Both the position numbers and the translations under genes were made by a program. Positions 37,457 to 41,250 of a stretch of 41,250 nucleotides of DNA are shown piece by piece. Position 1 is the stretch's first letter. Each line of letters begins with the position of its first letter. Under the pieces are notes generated by a model. The model worked only from the letters and a program-made list of their open reading frames with translations, was not told where the DNA came from and did not search any database. The DNA lies in assembly GCA_021796295.1 (NCBI GenBank), contig JAJYIA010000002.1, forward strand, positions 1 through 41,250. Reading direction: 5' to 3'. Origin of the DNA: Candidatus Micrarchaeota archaeon (GTDB taxonomy: Archaea > Micrarchaeota > Micrarchaeia > Micrarchaeales > CABMGC01).

Positions 37457-38551
37457 ATGGATAGGCTTCTGGAGGCTAAGCTGAAAAAGGTTTTTGGTTC
37501 AGTTGGTAGCGTTGAAAGGATACTTTTGATGAACACAGAAAATGCAGATCCTAACTTTATGTATATGACGGGATTTACAAGCGGCCTTTTTGAATACAGC
37601 TATCTCCTGCTGAAAAGAAACAGCATCACGCTCTTTACATCTTCGCTTGAGTATGATACGGCAAGAAAGGAAGCGAAGGAAGGCATGAAAATTGTAAAGA
37701 TAGGAAGCGCCCAGGCACTGAGGAAGGCTATGAAAGATGAGCTAGGCAGGCATACTATAGGGCTTAACGAATCGTTTATACCTTATGCATTATACAAATC
37801 GATCAGGGAAAAATACGCGCCTGAAAAAATTATAGACATATCGGGTGCTTTTCTGAAGGCCAGGATGATAAAGGACAATGAAGAGCTTGAAATGGTACGC
37901 AAAGCAGCATCTATAACAAAATGGGCCATGATGCTTATCCAGAAAGAATTTAAAGAGGGCATAAGTGAGCTGGAGCTTGCTGCGAAGTTTGACAGCATAT
38001 CCGCCTCGCTGGGCTCAGCTGGGCCTTCCTTCAGAACAATAGTCTGTTTTGGCGAGAATGCAGCATACCCCCACCACTTTCCGAATTCAACAAGACTTAA
38101 ATATGGCGATTTTATACTGATAGATGCAGGGGCAAAAGCAGAGAACTATTGCTCTGACATAACAAGGACATTCATATTTGGTGACAACAGCAAAAAGCCC
38201 ATGGACAGGTATGAGAAAAAGAATGAGATGTACAGGATTGTGAAGGAGGCGCAGCTGGGTGCAATAAGGAAGATAAAGCCCGGTGCACTTGGAAGAAATA
38301 TACACGGTGCTGCAAGCAAGGTTATAGATACCTCTGTAAAAGGCGCTTACAAAGGAAGGTTTATACATTCGCTGGGGCATTCTATAGGCGTAGAGGTGCA
38401 CGACGGCGAGGGCTTCTCGCCCAAATCCAAATTGGTTCTTAAGCCTGGCATGATAATAACTGTAGAGCCGGGCATATATATACCTGGATTTGGAGGCGTA
38501 AGAATAGAGGATGACGTCTTAGTTACAAAAAACGGGGCTCTTGTTTTATAA
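37457..38551 (+). CDS. pepQ: Xaa-Pro aminopeptidase (M24)
   Basis: YPHH, IDAGA, YCSDITRT, HSLGHSIGVEVHD and TVEPGIY...GVRIEDD motifs. Confidence 0.92.
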   Translation: MDRLLEAKLKKVFGSVGSVERILLMNTENADPNFMYMTGFTSGLFEYSYLLLKRNSITLFTSSLEYDTARKEAKEGMKIVKIGSAQALRKAMKDELGRHTIGLNESFIPYALYKSIREKYAPEKIIDISGAFLKARMIKDNEELEMVRKAASITKWAMMLIQKEFKEGISELELAAKFDSISASLGSAGPSFRTIVCFGENAAYPHHFPNSTRLKYGDFILIDAGAKAENYCSDITRTFIFGDNSKKPMDRYEKKNEMYRIVKEAQLGAIRKIKPGALGRNIHGAASKVIDTSVKGAYKGRFIHSLGHSIGVEVHDGEGFSPKSKLVLKPGMIITVEPGIYIPGFGGVRIEDDVLVTKNGALVL

Positions 38552-38624
38552 GGGGAGTTATGCTAGCTTGGTAGGCTTCCACCTTCGGGAGGTGGCGACC
38601 CGCGTTCAAATCGCGGACTCCCCG
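38552..38624 (+). tRNA. tRNA-Pro(CGG)
   Basis: Acceptor GGGGAGT/ACTCCCC, anticodon arm CCACC-TTCGGGA-GGTGG, T arm CCGCG-TTCAAAT-CGCGG. Confidence 0.9.
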
Positions 38625-38737
38625 TTTACAATTCACGAAGGGGGGTGTATTCAATGGAGACCAATATGACGCTTAAAAACAGTACATAAACAGAACATAT
38701 TTAAATTATAAGTTGCATAATATTATTTAGTGATGAG

Positions 38738-38980
38738 ATGAATGTTACTTTAAGAGGTAGGATACGACAAATTCTTGACAGTATGGTTGAGGAAGGATAC
38801 GCCAATACCAAATCTGAGGCAATAAGACTTGCAATACTTAACTTTGGAGAGGAGCATATCAATGAGGAGATTATGATTAAAGAGAAGCTAGACAAAATAA
38901 ATAAAGAAATAAAAGAAGGGAAACGGAAATTGCTAAGTTCAAGAGAGGCTTTGGGTGTTTATGCAAAATACGCTAAGTAA
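38738..38980 (+). CDS. Ribbon-helix-helix antitoxin
   Basis: MNVTLRG...LDSMVEEGYANTKSEAIRLAI pattern; upstream of a RelE-like toxin. Confidence 0.75.
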   Translation: MNVTLRGRIRQILDSMVEEGYANTKSEAIRLAILNFGEEHINEEIMIKEKLDKINKEIKEGKRKLLSSREALGVYAKYAK

Positions 38981-39232
38981 ACTACCGTTAGAGCCAGTTT
39001 ACAATGGCTCCGTCTTGGGAAAACTGGCAACAACAGTTGCCGCTCCGAAGACGATTTTGCATGGCCAGTTGCGATTTAGGATTTTACGTCGGCCATACAA
39101 CCTCATACCCTATATCCATATCCACACAGGATATTTCACCAAGAACATGATGCACTACGAAATATATAATACTAACTACTCGACAATTCCTCCCACCGCT
39201 AAAGCGTGTGGGCTTCCTTGTCGAGAGTTTAG
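38977..39232 (-). mobile_element. 256-bp non-autonomous IS200/IS605 element, family A, right-end hairpin deleted
   Basis: Minus strand: TCAC|CTAAACTCTCGACAAGGAAGCCCACACGCTTTAGCGGTGGGAGGAATTGTCG ... GGTAGTTTAC. Confidence 0.85.
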
Positions 39233-39502
39233 GTGATAAACACGTACGAAGCCGAATACGACCAGGAGTGGTCTGAATATTTTCAGTCTTTGGACGAGAG
39301 TATTAAGCTTAGAATTGCCAAGAAGATTGGAAAAATTCTAAATTATCCTAATAAAAGGCATTTAAGGAAAAGTTTATTTTTTGTTGATGAATTAGGACAG
39401 TATAGGATTATATACATGGTTTTTGAAGAAAGTAAACGAGTAAGGTTCTTTTTTGTCGGCACTCATAAGGAGTATGAGAAATGGTACAAGCAAGCTTTTT
39501 GA
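39233..39502 (+). CDS. RelE/ParE-superfamily toxin
   Basis: FQSLDESIKLRIAKKI, GQYRIIY and FVGTHKEY motifs; GTG start. Confidence 0.8.
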   Translation: MINTYEAEYDQEWSEYFQSLDESIKLRIAKKIGKILNYPNKRHLRKSLFFVDELGQYRIIYMVFEESKRVRFFFVGTHKEYEKWYKQAF

Positions 39503-39617
39503 TACACTCATAATGCGATGTCAGACTTGAATTCACATGCAATTAGTATGTAGGCTCTCTTTTTAGCCATTTTCTCGACGTTAACCTGCAATGACACCGG
39601 CTTTGAGACAGATTAAC

Positions 39618-41192
39618 CCCTAACTCCGCTGATCGTTGGTAATATGTATCTCAAGTTTTTCAATGAGATTGGCAGTTTTCCTTGGTACCTCTGAAGTAAT
39701 CCACTTGTCACCAATCTTCAATTTATGTACCCGTTCAAGATGTAGTAAAACGTCTTTTATCGAATATTTTTTGAGCACCTTCTTATCAACAAGAAGGTTG
39801 TATATCTTATAGTAGAGAAGTATCGCTACAAAGTTGATAAACATCCATCCTTCCAACTGATAATCGTCACGCATGTAAGAACGGTCTGCCTCTAATGTGT
39901 TCTTGAAGGTATCGTACAATTGCTCAATGTTGACTCTTTGTTTTAGGAATGAGTAAACATCTTCTCCACAGTTAGTCTGCAAATCTGTTATTATGGCTAT
40001 TGTGCCCATCCTGTGATTCATCTCATAAAACTGTTCCCTGCTTTTGTCTTGTTCATCTTTACTCTTTTCTTCATCGTTAGCTCTTTGAATTGCATCTTTC
40101 ATTTCTTCTGTCTTGAGTTTTTCATCGAGAAAAAGAAACACCTTTCTTTTGTCCAGACTGTATGAATAATAATGGATTGGCCTTCTTTCGAAAATGAAAT
40201 GGCCACTAAATCTGCGCATATCTCCGCTTCGAACAGTGTCGTAGTTTACGAGTGAACTGTCACGTTTGAGAGGAAGTATGTAATGAAGCCCTTCTTTTTC
40301 AAGGTCGTTGACGTTATTTATTGAGTAGAAGCCTTTATCACCAACCAATACTACATCTTTTATGCCGCTTTCCTTTATACTTCGTGACAATGCCGAGACG
40401 CTGGATATAGAACCTACGATAGTCCTGAAATATGCTGGCATACTTCTTGTTAAGTTGAAGAGATAAAGAAGATTCACTTGCGGTGCATAATCTTTTTTGC
40501 TGTTGTAACCAGTCATCTCCGAAACAACATTTTCTGACAACGAGAAGACATGTGTTAGGTCTACAGCCAGATATTCTCCTCCTGTAACAAAATTTGAGAG
40601 GAATTCTATTATCGTACCTCTTTCCGTACCTAATTCTCTTAGTAATCTTCCAATCAATCTGCCATTCATATCTGCATTAATGGTATCATAAATGAATGAC
40701 GTTGTATTAAGAAAGTCTAGATTTTTTATCGGAGAATTACGTAGTAGCCTAAATGCTGCAAATACAAAAATTTCTCTCCAATCATTCGGGAAATACTTCT
40801 TTATGAGATCTATTATATCCTTGTTCAGATCCATCAGGAACTGCGTTGCACCATACTCTTTCACAGTTATTCCGTTCTTTGTTAAGTTATAGAGAACTAC
40901 TTCGTGTTTTGGCGGCACAAGTCCCTCTGCAGTTATCTTGCCCAAATACTTACCACTAATCTTCCTTGCCCTATGTTTGTCTTTGTCCCATACACTGCTT
41001 ACTTCTCTGAGATAATAATTGTCTCCATGTCTTTCTATTGCAGTTCTCTTCCGCTTACGTGACAGCACCCAACTTGGATATTCCATATTACCAATATTAG
41101 TAATATTAATTTATAATACTTTCTGTCTGTTTTGTAGACGCTAGTAGTAGGTAATTTTACTCACCTATTACCAAAAACTAGCTGAGTTAAGG
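39618..41192 (-). mobile_element. Apparently complete IS element (IS1634/IS4-like)
   Basis: Imperfect terminal IRs CCCTAACTCCGCTGATCGTTGGTAATA and CCTTAACTCAGCTAGTTTTTGGTAATA; flanks ATTAAC/ATTAAA are a possible target duplication. Confidence 0.8.
39620..41086 (-). CDS. DDE transposase (IS1634/IS4-like)
   Basis: AVDLT, GYNSK, VGDKGFYS and RVNIEQLYDTFKN motifs; 488 aa, uninterrupted. Confidence 0.9.
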   Translation of the reverse strand: MEYPSWVLSRKRKRTAIERHGDNYYLREVSSVWDKDKHRARKISGKYLGKITAEGLVPPKHEVVLYNLTKNGITVKEYGATQFLMDLNKDIIDLIKKYFPNDWREIFVFAAFRLLRNSPIKNLDFLNTTSFIYDTINADMNGRLIGRLLRELGTERGTIIEFLSNFVTGGEYLAVDLTHVFSLSENVVSEMTGYNSKKDYAPQVNLLYLFNLTRSMPAYFRTIVGSISSVSALSRSIKESGIKDVVLVGDKGFYSINNVNDLEKEGLHYILPLKRDSSLVNYDTVRSGDMRRFSGHFIFERRPIHYYSYSLDKRKVFLFLDEKLKTEEMKDAIQRANDEEKSKDEQDKSREQFYEMNHRMGTIAIITDLQTNCGEDVYSFLKQRVNIEQLYDTFKNTLEADRSYMRDDYQLEGWMFINFVAILLYYKIYNLLVDKKVLKKYSIKDVLLHLERVHKLKIGDKWITSEVPRKTANLIEKLEIHITNDQRS

Positions 41193-41250
41193 ATTAAAGG
41201 ATATTGTTTCTACGCCGAACGTAAATTGAATTGTACGGACCTGAATAGCG

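Noticed and set aside
4342..38401. Many antisense and alternate-frame ORFs in the track
   Set aside because: They shadow well-supported genes and have no recognisable motifs.
1..41250. CRISPR array or cas genes
   Set aside because: No regularly spaced direct repeats and no Cas motifs seen; the dispersed repeats are IS ends.

Overview
Archaeal chromosomal window, most consistent with a Micrarchaeota/DPANN-type genome (inference from archaeal informational genes, a D-loop intron tRNA and a Sec61beta gene). The core contains translation/transcription genes (EF-1beta, rpo11, rps19e-PDCD5-rpl39e-rpl31e-aIF6, aIF-2beta, aIF-1A, rio1, rpl10e), three tRNAs, SRP RNA and biosynthetic genes (dapL, lysA, glnA, mtnP, type-1 idi, nnr). 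Main points of interest: (1) a coupled 7-8 gene operon (29981-34918) with a VirB2-like pilin, a CedA/VirB6-like membrane protein and a VirB4/HerA-type ATPase, a candidate DNA/macromolecule transfer system; (2) a family of non-autonomous IS200/IS605 elements (4 copies, two only 49 bp) that insert at GTGA and supply a replacement stop codon, one splitting a toxin-antitoxin overlap; (3) two homologous IS110/IS1111-type structured non-coding ends (candidate bridge/seekRNAs), one without a transposase; (4) an Lrp-like regulator fused to a domain resembling the N-terminus of the transposase in this window; (5) a nickel SOD sodN-sodX pair. IS630, IS110 and IS1634-like elements lie at the window ends. 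All homology calls come from motif recognition; no searches were run.
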